NCBI GenBank assembly: GCA_951406725.2
Contig: OX597817.1
Coordinates: forward strand, 174,406,001 to 174,470,000
Direction of reading: 5' to 3'
DNA from: Octopus vulgaris
Lineage: Eukaryota
DNA length: 64,000 nt
How positions within the stretch are numbered: the stretch's first letter is position 1; every line of letters starts with the position of its first letter. This document shows positions 12,935 to 26,300 of the stretch, in pieces. The notes under the pieces are model-generated. The model saw only the letters and a program-made list of their open reading frames with translations. It had not been told where the DNA came from and searched no databases. A program made the translations under genes and the position numbers.

Positions 12935-13072
12935 TAGACGCAAGCATGGCTGTGTGGTAAGAAGCATGCTTCCCAATCACATGATTCTTGGTTCAGTCCC
13001 ACTGTATGACACCTTGGGCAAGTGTATTCTATGGTCCTGGGTTTGGTAGACGGAAACTGAAAGAAGCTCGTC

Positions 13073-13135
<63 letters not shown>

Positions 13136-13695
13136 CTTGATCACTTTGACTGACCAGTCCGTTGTGCGTCCATTTGACACCACTGGTCACAGCACGCTGT
13201 CCACTCCTCTCTGGATCGCGCCTTTCTCATCCATGTGATCCTAATCGCCCTCCTGAAATCGTAGCTCCACCGTCGTGGAGGCCTTTCGAGTGGTTGTTTC
13301 TGCTCGCACAGGTACCACTCGACAACTGCGCAGGTCCACCGATTATCAGTGAGCCAGGCGATGTGTCCAGACCATCTCAACTTGCTGTGTGTATATTCTA
13401 CGATGACATCCCTCACGCTGGACTTCTCTCTGATGACCTATACGTGTGTATATGTATATACATATACACATGTATCCATGTGTGTGTTTGTGTCTGTGTT
13501 TGCCCCACCCCACCCCACTGTCACTTGACAACTGATGTTGGTATTTGTGTCACTGGAACTTAGCAGTTCAGCAAAAGTGACCAATAGAATAAGTACTAGG
13601 CTTACAAAGAATAAGTCCTGGGGTGGATTTCTTTGACTAAAACCCTTTAAGGTGGTGCTCCAACATGGCCACAATCTAATGATTGAAACAAGTAA
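12935..13695 (+). mobile_element. SINE family A split by an RTE fragment in its internal (TA)n
   Basis: Head 12935-13075, tail 13440-13695. Confidence 0.8.
13132..13430 (-). mobile_element. RTE-clade LINE 3' end
   Basis: ORF 13141..13416 KLRWSGHIAWLTDNRWT..EW..RPPRRW..WMRKARSREEW; tail GGTCAGTCAAAGTGATCAAGGTGA-(TA)n; second copy at 50745-51035. Confidence 0.9.
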
Positions 13696-14302
13696 CAAAA
13701 TAATCATAGAGAATAATGATAATTGTTTCAAATTTTGGCGCAAGGCCAGCAATTTTAGGAAGAGTGGGTAACTTGATCACATCTACCCCAATGCTCAGTT
13801 GGTTCATGTTTTATCAATCCCAAAAGGATGAAAACCAAAGTCAACTTGGGCAAGAATTTGAACTCAGAAGCACAGAGTTGCAAGGAATATCTGCATTGTT
13901 TTTCTCGTTGCATTTTAATTTGCATAAAGAGTGGCATGACAGTGACCTTGACCTTTTAGACCCTTCTCTGTGACAGGTGTTATTGATATTCAGATTGATC
14001 TTTTTCTGGTTGATGCGTCTAGGTGAAAAAAAAATAATGATAATTGAGGAGAATAATCCAGAGAAATGTTTATTTGACAGATTAAGGTTTCTCTGGAGCA
14101 TTTGACAGAAACCTTTATCTGATAGGAAAAGAAATTTGGGTGAAGTGAGGTACAGCATGGATGATGAAACTTTACTTCTTGACAAGGGCCACAACTCAGT
14201 GATAGTACTAAGAACTGAATTTATGATTAAGTAGTCAGTATCCGAGCACCTTAACTTCATAGTCACTGTACTCCTTATCCACAGCAGCAACACACTGTAT
14301 AG

Positions 14303-14522
14303 AATATTTCTGTTTGAGGAGAGTCATTTTCTCTTTTCTTATTTTTTATTTTTTCATTTTCCTAAAATGTTCATTGCGTCTTGCAACCTTTTCAATAGTG
14401 TTAAATAATAAGGCACAAAAAGAAAATGACTCTCCCCAGACACAACAGAATATGCTTCAACACACGAACTCACATAAAGAACCTTGCAAACCAAATCCAA
14501 AAACGAAAATATTTCTGTTTGA
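14303..14522 (+). mobile_element. Short non-coding insertion with 15-bp TSD and internal inversion
   Basis: AATATTTCTGTTTGA at 14303-14317 and 14508-14522; body matches 32564-32970 in reverse. Confidence 0.75.
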
Positions 14523-14845
14523 ATTTTTCCATTATTCGAGTCTTTGTAAGTTAACAATAAAACCATTAAAACCAAGTTTTGTAATTGTTTTGGTCTCGAG
14601 TTGTATTTAATCATTAAATAATGCCAGCAATAAGTAAGGTGAATAAAAAACGAAAATAACTATTTTTTGTTTTTGTCTTTTTGACCTTTTTCTGCTTCAG
14701 TAGTCCACTTCAACCTAAAGCAACAAAACTTTGAAAGGTGTGTTTTTTTGTGATTTATTTTTTTACAATAATTATGTTATTGAGAACTCAATTAGATTCA
14801 ATGTCGTTATGTTTGTCTTAGGTTATTTGTATTTTATTATTTCAG

Positions 14846-14917
14846 GCTGGACGAGTCGAAGCTCTTGATAAATTAGTGGTAGAGAACGTCGAACAAATAT
14901 ATGAAGGGAAAAAGTTG
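14846..14917 (+). CDS. Internal coding exon (phase 0/0) of an unidentified host gene: AGRVEALDKLVVENVEQIYEGKKL
   Basis: Acceptor TTTTATTATTTCAG, donor TTG|GTGAGT, 72 nt, only one of three frames open; more GC/CpG-rich than its flanks; in non-repetitive DNA. Confidence 0.7.
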
Positions 14918-15524
14918 GTGAGTTATTTATACTCAATATTTCTGATTATTATCTTAAAACATATAAACGGAAAATGAGGGAAGAGGGTGGCGGGAAAGAC
15001 TCTTTTTGATAGTTTTTTTTTAAATATTTTTTTTGTAGTAATTTTGTTTGCAATGCTTCTTATAATGTAGAATGAAACCACAATGTCAGAAGATTTATGA
15101 TTTGTGTACAACCAGATTGTGAACTTAAGACATGAGTCATTGACCAATTAACTAATTAGACAGACATTTGTTTTTGTGACATTTCAACCAAGGCAGCCTG
15201 AAATGGTGAACTAAAGTCTCTATTGCCAATTCGAAAACAATTCCACTTCTCTGACTTTCAGAATTGAATGCTTTCTTAACAAATATGAAGTTCTTTTGTA
15301 ATTTTATCTGATTATGAATATCTGCAGCATGATATCCATCTCATCACAACTTTCAGAGATTCACTCTCTGCTGAGCTGAATCTGTCACAAGCTTGAAAAT
15401 AGATTGTCATTGTTGTTGTTGTTGTTGTTGTTGTTGTCATCATCATAGTCATCATCATCATCATCATCATCAGCTGCAGCAGCAGTATTGTTGCCCTCAT
15501 CATAATTTTTACATCCATTAAACC

Positions 15525-15875
15525 TAGGAAGTCATGGGAAGAGGTGGTGAAGCATGATCTTCGAACATTGGGCCTCACAGAGGCGATGACAAGTGACCAA
15601 GACCACTGGTGATATGCCGTTTTTTTGAGAAGACTTGTCAAGTGAAATCATAGTTGTGGCCGATGCTGGTGTTATGTAACTGGTAGCTGTATTGGTGCCA
15701 CATAGAAGCACCCATGCATGTGGCACGTGATAAGAACCCAAATCCACTCTTGGAGTGGTTGGTGTTAGGAAGGGCATCTAGCTGTAGAAACCATGCCAAA
15801 CCAGACTGCAACTTGCAGGTCTCTGTCTTACTAGTTCCAGTCAAACCATCTAACCCATGCCAGCATGGAAAGCAG
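15525..15875 (+). mobile_element. RTE-like LINE 3' end continuing into a (GAT)n-tailed repeat
   Basis: PRKSWEEVVKHDLRTLGLTEAMTSDQDHW. Related fragments at ~6850-6940(-), ~16200-16480(-), ~18140-18340(-), ~51395-51540(+) and ~58770-59100(-). Confidence 0.7.
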
Positions 15876-15878
15876 ATG

Positions 15879-16111
15879 GCGATGAGCTGGCAGAAACGTT
15901 AGCACGCCGGGCGAGATGCTTAGCAGTATTTCGTCTGCCGTTATGTTCTGAGTTCAAATTCCGCCGAGGTCGACTTTGCCTTTCATCCTTTCGGGGTCGA
16001 TTAAATAAGTACCAGTTACGCACTGGGGTCGATGTAATCGACTTAATACCTATGTCTGTCCTTGTTTGTCCCCTCTGTGTATAGCCCCTTGTGGGTAGTA
16101 ACGAAATAAGA
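15879..16111 (+). mobile_element. SINE family B, young copy with 17-bp TSD
   Basis: TSD AGCATGGAAAGCAGATG at 15862-15878 and 16112-16128; B box GAGTTCAAATTC. The central GCCTTTCATCCTTTCGGGGTCGA..AAGTACC resembles the MetaSINE domain (from memory, unverified). Confidence 0.9.
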
Positions 16112-16989
16112 AGCATGGAAAGCAGATGCTAGTTGATGATGATGATGATGATGATGATTTTCTTTTTCTCATGCTTGCATAGGCTGGATGGGTCTTCTTC
16201 AGAGTTTTGTCACTTCTCGCAGTAATTCCTCACTTCCTTCACGACACTAAATCTCTTGAGATCAGTTATTTCCTTATGACCCCCAAGTCTTCCTTGGTTT
16301 TCCCCTCTTCTGTAGGTTCCTATCACCTGGATTGCTTGGTACTTCTTTATCCAATTGTTCATCCTCTATACACATCACATGTCTGTACCAGCAAAGTCTT
16401 CTCTCCTGAATCAAATTATATCCAGTTTTTCTCTCAGATGCTCAGTCATTCATCACACATCCAGCAGAGTATGCTCAATTCACTTCTTCCCACTTTTGTA
16501 CAACCTCTACATTCATGTTTCATGCCAAGCCTTGTGAGTAGATGTAGTCAGTGGAAACTGAAAGAAGCCTTCATCACAGTGCATGACAACTTATAGTACA
16601 GCACCTCACCTGCAAAGTACAAGTGCATGATAGATCAAAATGATTGTAGTTGTTCTGAGTATAGAGTCTCATGAATTCCATCTTCTTTCATTTATATTTT
16701 TTTATAAACTCTATGGACACAAAGAAATTCCTGAAGTGAATCCAGTGGTGTATATCTCCATACTGTTATTGACATCAGGTAGCTGAATACTGTGGATGGG
16801 CTTTAAACAGCATACTACATGTATACCTGAATATAAAATTATTTATATATATATGTGTGTGTGTATGTATATATATATGTGTGTGTGTATGTATATATAT
16901 ATATACACACACATATATACATATATTTCTATATATGTGCATTAATTAATTCTACCCCTTTTTTACTTTTTTACTGACAATATATGTGC

Positions 16990-17057
<68 letters not shown>

Positions 17058-17299
17058 TGTTAGGTGTGATGTACAGAAATTGAATATTGAGAAAAAAAGT
17101 TGTCAGAATTTTGGGGGAAAATCTTTTTATTTTTTCATTATTATTAGTGCTTTTGTTCCTTTCTGGAACTTTTCAAATAAAATTTTGTGAATGTGCAAAC
17201 AGCTTTGTTCATTTATATAAAACAATGTTTTTTTGGGGAGTTTTGTTTAGAAGAGAACTTTGTTTTTGTTTCTTTGGGTGAGGTTCCATCACAAAAAAG

Positions 17300-17450
17300 A
17301 TGGATAGATAGAAATATAGATAGATAGATAGATAGATATTAGATAGATAGATTAGATAGACAGATTGACAGATAGATAGATAGATAGATAGACAGGTAGA
17401 TAGTTAGATAGATAGACGGATAGATAGATAGACGGATAGATAGACAGTTA
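17300..17450. repeat. (GATA)n microsatellite
   Basis: Direct observation. Confidence 0.9.
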
Positions 17451-17772
17451 GTTAGAGGGAGAAAGAGAGAGAAGGGGTATCACTCTTCCTATTCACCATT
17501 TATTTATTTAGTCCTTTACCATGGTCTTTTCTGTAGGATTTTCTTTCCATGGATAAGCCTAATCTGTTTTTTTCTTTTACATATATGATATTTTCTGTGA
17601 TACACAATCCCTTTTCATCGGCCTTTTCTGTCTTTTTTTTCATGATCCCTTTTGATAGGAATTTTATTTTTATTTTAAAAGTTCGAGAAAGGAATGAAAG
17701 CGCTAATAATAATGAAGAAATAAAAAGATTTTTTTTCCAAAATTATGATTTTTCCCCCAATATATATATTTT

Positions 17773-17819
<47 letters not shown>

Positions 17820-18586
17820 CATCATCATCATCATCATCATTCTTTAATGTCTGTTTTCCATGCTGGCATGGGTTGGACGGTTTGACTAGCAGCTTCCAAT
17901 CTGCTATATATATATTTTATCATCATTTTCATCATCATTTAACATGTGTGTTCCATGCTGGTTTGGGCTGGAGAGTTTGACTGAAAACTGGTAAGCTGGG
18001 GAGCTGCACAAAGTTCCAGTCTGATTTGTCATTGTTTCTATGGCTGGATGACCTTCCTAACACCAACCACCCCAAAAGTGTAGTGGGTGCCTTTTACATG
18101 TCACTGGCACAAGTGCCAATTATGTAACACCGGCATCAGTCATGACTACTGTCTCACTTGGCTTGACAAGTCTTCTCAATGATTGCCAAAGGTCTTGGTT
18201 ACTCGTCACTGCCGCTTTGATGCCCAACATTTGAATGGCACATTTTACGTGCCAGTTACGTGACACTGGAATGGGCCATAACTACAATTTCACTTGGTTT
18301 GATGGGTCTTCTCAAGTATGGCATATTGCCTAATGTGTTCAAATGGAACCTTTTACGTGCCACTGGCATAGGTGCTAGTTCCATGACCCTCGCATCGGCT
18401 ACAACTATGATTTTACAAGGTGCAGGCATTGCCATGTTGTAAGAAGCTTGCTTCCCAACACATGCTTCCTGGTACAGTCCCACTGCATAGCATCATGGGC
18501 AGGTGTCTTCTACTATAGCTTTGGGTCACCCAAAGCCTTGTGAGTGAGTTTGGTAGATAGAAACTGAAAAAGACTTGTTATATATA

Positions 18587-19873
18587 TTGGGTCATCCCAT
18601 AAATAATGCAGTTTTTTTAAGACTCCTTTTATTTTTCAAAATCAAGATAAACAAAGTTCTTTTTTAACCGAAAATATACTCTTCTTCATTTTTTACAATG
18701 TTCTTCCATCCATCTGGTAGAATTGCAAAGCTCCTCTTGCAAAATTCACTTGTCCGTGATGAAAAATACTCCTTCATTACTGTTCAGACCTTGTCTACAG
18801 AATTCATATTTTTTCTGTCCAAATGATTTTGAAGACTGCGGAATAAATGATAATCAGATGGGGCAATGTTTGGTGAATATGGTGGGTGGGGCATGGTTTC
18901 CCATTCAAACTGCTCCAGCCTTTGGAATGTCTTCCTTGCTGTATGTGGCCGAGCATTATCCTGATGGAAGAACACCTTTCATCTTGAAATCAAAGATGGA
19001 CATTTTTCTTCTCACACTGACTTAAGCCTCTCAAGCTGCTTGCAGTAGATCTCTTCTGTTATCATCTGGTTTGGGTTTAAAAGTTCAAAGTGGACTAAAC
19101 CTTTCATATCCCATGAAACAGATAACAGCACCTTACATGGGTGAAGACCTTCTTTAGCCTTGTGTGCCAGTGTTTCTCCTTTCCCTACCCACTGTCTTTG
19201 GCACTTGACATTTTCATAGAGAACCCATTTCTTGTCACCAGTCACTATTTGGTCCCAAAACGGTTCATTTGTGAGACGTGACGGCAAAGAAGAGCACACA
19301 TTCACTTTCTGCACACGATTAGACTTGGAAGGTTTGTGAGAAACCCAATGACCCAATTTGCTGACTTTTCCAATGGCATGCAGGTGGTGATGAATAGCTG
19401 AATGACCAAATCCAAGCTTCTCTGTTAGTTCCCCCACAAGTATGAAGGGATTTTGTTCCACCAGAGTTTGCACGACATCCTCGTGGAGCTCTACAGATTT
19501 TTCAGGATGAGGCTCGTCTTCTAGGCTGTAGTTTCCAGCTTGGAATTTCTGGAAACACCATTGCCACTGGCTTATGCTTATTGTCCGATCCCCATATACT
19601 ACATTAACATTCCTTGCACTTTCCGTTGTGTTGTTGTCTTTATTGAACCTTTAAATCAAAATACGCCAAATATGCTCCTTTGTCACTTCCATTATAGCTT
19701 GGAAAAAATAACTGTTAAAATTGAACTGCACTCTTCAAAACTTGCACTAAGAATAAGTACAAGGTAAAATTACTACCTGCTTTTATAGCAAGTTGATGCA
19801 AGTAGTTTATCCCATCCCCCTCCAACTTTTAGTTCATGCAATTGGGAAAAAAACGCATTATTTATGGGATGAC

Positions 19874-19877
<4 letters not shown>
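18587..19877 (-). mobile_element. Full-length mariner DNA transposon (DD34D), inactive
   Basis: TIRs TTGGGTCATCCCATAAATAATGC / GCATTATTTATGGGATGACACAA; TA at both ends; 1291 bp. Confidence 0.95.
18664..19692 (-). pseudogene. Mariner transposase pseudogene
   Basis: WVSHKP (WVPHEL-like), IVTGDKKWVLY, HQDNARPH-x-PPYSPNIAPSDY with 34 residues between the last two D; split by stops and frameshifts. Confidence 0.92.
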
Positions 19878-19914
<37 letters not shown>

Positions 19915-20125
19915 AACTTCATCTTGTTAAACCCTTAATCCCTACACATATTTTTCTCTCACTGATTTCTTTTTTTTCTCTCTCCATTTTTTTCCTCTCA
20001 GCCCTTTCTGTCAGTGAGCATAGGCTTGAAACGTCAAAGACTTTTCCATTCTTCCTGAGTGTTAAACTTATACATCTGCTTGTTGTTCCCTCACCTGTCT
20101 TCATCATTTGTTTTCAGTAAATTTC
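19915..20125 (+). mobile_element. Penelope-like terminal fragment with atypical hammerhead motif
   Basis: CTTT-CTGTCAGT-GAGC-ATAG-GCTT-GAAA-CG-TC-AAAG at 20004-20039; same family as ~61700-61965. Confidence 0.6.
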
Positions 20126-21064
20126 TGTATGCATGTGTGTATCTTTGTGTCTGTGTTTGTCAACCACCACAATGTATGTATTGAATGTTTATTGAAATGA
20201 AGCTGACAACATTTCAAAAATTTATAGAAGAAACACACAGAAATAAGAGATGTGTTTAAATCTACAAATACCATGCAAACCATTACGACCAGAACTATGG
20301 CTGGTTACTGTTGCCTGGCTAAAAATAATTCTTATAGACTATAAGAATAACCTTTAAGCTTCTTGAGATTGTTGGACAAATGAACAGGTCAATTCTTCTT
20401 TCTAATCATACGAAATATTTTAAGTTTGGATATCAAAACTACTGGATTGATATCAGAGATTAAGTCAGAAATCAGTCAGTTGAAATCTGTGTTCTTTTGT
20501 ATGCCATATCTTCAAATGGATTACTTGGTTTTGGATGTAGCTTGTTACGAGGAAAGAGCTTCTCTTGGGAGATGTGCTGGAATGGATTCTATTCTAATTT
20601 CCTTCTCTTGATAAGCATGGAAATTTTTGAAAGGTTTTTAAAGTGGGGAATACAAAAACTATGTCTTGTTTCTTGACTTCTTCGCTTTCTTCTGTTTTGG
20701 AATAGAAATATGTATTTTATCTTTAATCTCTTAGTATATACATAACATTTCAGAAGTTCATGTCAAGAGTCAAAATTAACTGGATTCTTTTATCTCTGTA
20801 ATATTCTAATATTCTTACTACTCAAACTATATATAGAATACATATTTCTCATTGTAGTCTTTCATTTGCAATGCAATTCTATGTGTTGTTCAGTCCCAGC
20901 TTATCCTTGATTGAGCAGACCGATGATACAAGCGTACCAACCAGTTGTGACCATCCCATATTTTTTCTAGATAGAGAATATCTAGGACTACTATATTATT
21001 CAATGTCTCCTTTCTCTTTTGAAGAGGTTAGAGCGTAGTTTAATTGAGATTTGGTTGCTGTTTC

Positions 21065-21303
21065 TTATTTCTTATTTCTTTACTGCCCACAACGGGCTAA
21101 ACATAGAGAGGACAAAAAGGACAGACAAAGGGATTAAGTTGGTTACATCGACCCCCAGTGCATAACTGGTACTTATTCAATTGACCCCGAAAGGATGAAA
21201 GGCAAAGTCGACCTTGACAGAATTTGAACTCAAAACATAACGGCAGATGAAATACAACTAAGCATTTTACCCGGTGTGTGAACGATTCTGCCAGCACGCT
21301 GCC
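21065..21303 (-). mobile_element. SINE family B with 15-bp TSD
   Basis: TSD TTTGGTTGCTGTTTC at 21050-21064 and 21304-21318. Confidence 0.9.
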
Positions 21304-21668
21304 TTTGGTTGCTGTTTCAAGCCGATCAGGTGGCAACATGAAGATTCCCTCATTAGCTTGTTTAACGTCCATCTTATTGCATGTAGTTGCATATATACTT
21401 CCTCTTTGCATTAATTCACATCACAAAGGTGACACTAGCAGAATTGTTAGTGTGTTGGAAAAAATGCTTTGAGTTTAAATCATACCAAGGTCAGTTTTGC
21501 CTTTCATCCTTTTGGGGTTGTAATATAAAGTACCAAAGTAGCAGTCAAGTACTGAGGCCAATGGTATCAACTAAACCCTGCCTTTCAAAATTATTGGCCT
21601 TGAGCCTAAATTAGAAACCATTACTTCACATTCCCTCCAAGATTTCTTTATTTTATATATATAATTGT

Positions 21669-21771
21669 TTTCAGCATATATTGACTATAAAAGATAGTCT
21701 AATATTGGGGCATCTGCATATTCTGTATTAGTTAAATGATGTCAAGTGAATATAGTCAATATACGGTGAAA
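21669..21771. mobile_element. Small MITE-like element with 21-bp imperfect TIRs
   Basis: TTTCAGCATATATTGACTATA vs TATAGTCAATATACGGTGAAA. Confidence 0.5.
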
Positions 21772-22271
21772 CAAAATTTTCACTTTTCACCGTTTCTTAA
21801 CTTATGTGAAATATTTTAATTTCAAGTTTGTTTTCTTTAACATCTGTTTTCAATGCCAGCATGGGTTAGCTGAGTATAATTATCAAGGCAGGGTTTTTAC
21901 AATTGGGTGCTGTTCTTGTCCACAACCCTTATTTGTTTTTTTTAGGTAAGGGATTTGTTTTTTTTAGGTAAGAAGAATTTGAGAACAGTGATGGTAGGTG
22001 ATTTTGTTGACAGGAAATATCAACAGACTTCACTGGTTGCAACATGATTACAAAGGATGGTGTTACTGTCAACTCCTGTGGGTTGTAAACATTCCTGCAA
22101 GCATGTGTAAAACCATCTATTTACCCTCTTCACTGAACAAACAATCACACGCACATACACGCACGAGCACATATTTATGAATAACGTTAGTGGAGTAGAA
22201 AAGGGAGGCTAGTATGCATGGACACAGTCTTCCATAAACAGCCTTGCCTGGAGTTGTGCCTCAGAGGGGAA

Positions 22272-22314
<43 letters not shown>

Positions 22315-23134
22315 ATTCCATGCAGAATATAAAAGTGTTGCTTCTAAATTTGAATTGCCAATATGTTTCCAAATGGTCGTATTTAAGGTATGAATCTCTC
22401 CATAATTTTAAAGAGTATTGAAAGAGTGCTTTTGTCAAACGATAGAAATTCTTCCCTTCTTTATTTGAAGTTTCTTAATTGATACCTCTCACTTGCAATA
22501 TTTTCATATTTTGAAATAAAATATGAAAACAGAAAGCAAGTAAAAAACAACAGTGCTAACAATAACATCATCATCAACAACAACAATAATAATAATAATA
22601 ATAATAACAATAATAATAATGATAATAATAATGATGATTTCTTTGTTGACTGCAAAGGGTTTACATAAAAAGAAACATTATGGGTGGTACAGAGCAAAAC
22701 ATTGAATGTATGTGTGCATGTGTGTGTTGTTGTGAGGGTTGTGTGTGTAAACAGGTTTAATGTAAAAAAGCCAAAAAAGCAATTTAACAATGCATAACCA
22801 ACCCTCAATAGGGAGGAGACATTTGAAGGCTGCTCATCGAAAAAACCCATAAAAACCACAGGTACCCTGACTTCTAGGGCAGATGCCTTTTCTCAGTGTT
22901 CAGGGCAACCCTGTTCACTTGCCCTGTTCTTGCCACTCTCATCCACCTTTCAACAAAATCATGAGAAGGCAAATCTCCCCTCTCCACCCTTATTTTCGTC
23001 TCCAAGTAAAACTTGAAGAAGATGAGGGATTGGCCAAGAGAAAAGTGTTTGTCTTCAGCCCCTTCAATCTTGTCCACCATACATCCTCTTTTGCCATGGC
23101 CACCAAGCATATAATGACTATTTGCCCTTCCCAA

Positions 23135-23362
23135 TTAACCCTTTCGTTACCAACCTGGCTGAAACTGGCTCAGGCTCTGAGTACAAATGTCTTGTTTTCA
23201 TAAGTTTCGAATAAAAATCTTCCACCAAACCTTAGTCACAGTTTATGTTCCTAACACTAGCTGAATGATAAGTAAGTTATTTTACTAAATTCTTTGTTAT
23301 ATTTAAAGTAATTGAAAGAAACATATAGCATCTCAAAATAAATACAGTAACGAAAGGGTTAA
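23135..23362 (+). mobile_element. piggyBac-type MITE
   Basis: TTAA-CCCTTTCGTTAC...GTAACGAAAGGG-TTAA; reverse copy at 34513-34740. Confidence 0.88.
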
Positions 23363-26300
23363 AAGAAGGCAGCAGGGCAATCTTCATGGTGGTGGTGGTG
23401 GTGATGATGATGATAGAGTCAAAATTAAAACATGAGTGCCATTCTTATCAAGTGAATGATATTTCGACTTCTTGTGTGTCTTCCACAGGTTCAAAAAATA
23501 AACTTGTCAATCTACTTCATTTTGGTTAATATATAAAGGATTGAGGTAACTCTTGGCTGGTACAACTCATTTTTGCCAGCTGAGTTGACTGGAGCAACGT
23601 GAAATAAAGAGTCTTGCTGGTGCCATGTAAAAGACATCCAATTCATACTGTAAAGTGGTTGTCATTTGGAAGGGCATCCAGCTGTAAAAATCATGTCGAA
23701 ACTAAACTCACCTGTGTTGGTGCCACGCAAAAAGCACTGAGTCCACCTTGCAGAGTGGTTCATGTTAGGAAGGACATTCAGCCATAAAACCCATGCCAAA
23801 AATAGACAGAGTAGCATAGGGTAGTTTGTCTACCTGGCGAGCTCCTGTGAACCATCCTGCCCATGCATGCATGGAAGATGGATGTTAAACGATGATGATG
23901 ATGATGATGATATGCCAGCATGGAACATTAACATTAGATGATGATGGTGATACATATACTCAAATCTAAGAAGACTCTTTTGCATATTGCTTTCTTTTTG
24001 TTTCTGGCATTGCTTGTTCACATGACCTCCTATGAGGAGGCTTCTTGCAAAAATGCAAAATATGCCTTAGAATTTGACAGCCACTACTTGCGTGTGCTAC
24101 ATTTGTGTGTTGATATATTAGTTATTTAGCAGCAATAACTTTGCACATTTACAAAAGAAAACAAGGGAAAAGTAAAGATGACGTGACTAAGTAACTTGTC
24201 ATGTCTTAGCTTTTGTTCCTAAGTATATCTTATTTGTTTGTTTTTTGTTGTTTTTTTGTTTCACTTGTCTATCTTCTTACTGGGCAATAGTTTTGTGGAA
24301 AAGCCAATCGGTCTGTGTTCGTCTTAGCAGTATTGTAGATCAAAACTAGACAGCTACCTGTACAACTTCTTTTTCATTCACTATCTATAAACTTCCTCCA
24401 ACTGACGTTTATAATCGTTACATGTGGGAAAATCTTTGGAAAGGCTGTATTTCCAAGTGATTTTCCTTTCATTCAGGCTGCTTAATCACATGAAGAAAGA
24501 AAATAAAAACAAAAAGAAAAGCTTAAAAAAAAACCCAGCAAGCAAAAATGAAATAAAAAAAAAAACTAGCTATTATCCTTGTTATCAGACATTTTTCTGC
24601 AAGCAGGCTTTAAAAAGAAGAAAGAATCGATAATGTTTTATTTACATTTCTTTTGTTCTTATCTAATTATTTTCCCTTTTATTTCAATGCAGATGCTAGA
24701 ATACAGGTTACACAGCATATGTGTTAATTCAGCTCTGTTTCTTTGCAGGCCCCTTATTTACCCCTTTTTCTAGATATATAGCAGTGACTATAGACCGAAA
24801 TATGGAACAGGTCTCTCTGAACCATTAATTGCTGAACACATTTTGGAAAAGAAATAATGTATTGATAAGTTCAACTTATCAATGCATTAAACCAGCAAAA
24901 CCATCGAACTCCAATATGTATTGAAGCAGTATTACTCATCTGATGATAAACTATCTTTGTTGCTGGAAAAGTCTCTGGAGTGTTTTCTGCCTAAAAAACA
25001 CAGAGTTAAGTGTAATGAGCCAAAAAGCAATTTGAAGATTTCTCATGTGTGCTTTGTGTGTAAAGAACTTAGCATAAAGAGTAGGCTAACATACTGGTGG
25101 TAGTGAGTCAAAAAGTATTTTTAATCAAGTGAAATTATATTCATAATGAGAAGAAAAGCTGTTGGTATTAGTGTCAATTCTTGTAAAAAGGAGGCAAGGG
25201 AGTGAACTTTGAAATTAAATAGATTAAAAATTAAATTGATTACACTGTGTAACATGATTTTTGTCCTTGGGTAGCAATTGTTATTTCCTATGTGCTGACC
25301 CCCAGAAAGTATGAAAAATGGTTAATATTTCCATTAAACTTTGTTTTTGTTACATTTATTCAAACCCCAAAGAATCCCTCTCAACACATGGTTATGATGC
25401 TCCCCCACTATTCCTGCTCATGATCAGAGATGCACATATTGTCAGCCACTAAGAGTCATGCTTAAGTGGTTAAGGTCAAGCAAGTGACAAGCAAATCTGT
25501 GGTATTGAGCAAAATATTTGCTATAACAATGTTTCTGCTTCAATAACCCAGCACTGAATCTATTTGAAATGTAATGGAAAATAGGTCAGTTTGAAAACAT
25601 TGATGTTCAGGTCACAAAAGCAAAATTTGAAGGGAATAGTAATCATTTCCTTTGATTTCTAGATAGAAGCAAATATGAAATAACACTTACTGACCAAAGA
25701 CCCCACCCCAAAAAAAATAAAAATAAAACTTCTGTTACACAGGGTTATGACTTCACTGAGGAGGTCTAATAAAACTAAAACATGTAGAGCTTGTCACCCC
25801 AACTACCAAATATCAGAATTGATTCATCTTCTCATATCACTATTTAATTTTTTTATCAGTTTATATTTTGGAGTTCTTTCCTTTGACTCTCTTGGCAAAA
25901 ATTATTACTCAAGTTCATATGAAAGTTGTAAATGAGTATTGCCATCATATCATACAAGTGATGTTGGTTATTTCTATTCTTCATATTGAAAAATACGAGT
26001 ATTGCTATCATATTATATATGTGATGTTGATACAAGTGTATCATACATGTCCATGAGTGTTGCCATCATATCATACAAGTGATGTTGATGTTGATTATTT
26101 CTATTCTTCATATTGAAAAATATGTCTAGCCTTGAGGAAATTTTACCTTGCTTGGAAGCAGGTGAATGTTGGCAACAGGAAGGGCATCCAGCTGTAGAAA
26201 ATCTGCCTCAATAAACTCCATTTGACCCATGCAAGCATGGAAAAGGGAACATTAAAGGATAATGGTGATGATAGTTATTTGTGAAATCCTATTTGAACTG

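Noticed and set aside
15310-15390. Box C/D snoRNA-like fold, or a docking site sharing 13-15-mers with 39308 and 62449
   Set aside because: Box C is non-canonical (ATGATAT), the region is short and no guide is recognisable; exact 13-15-mer matches can occur by chance in AT-rich DNA of this size.
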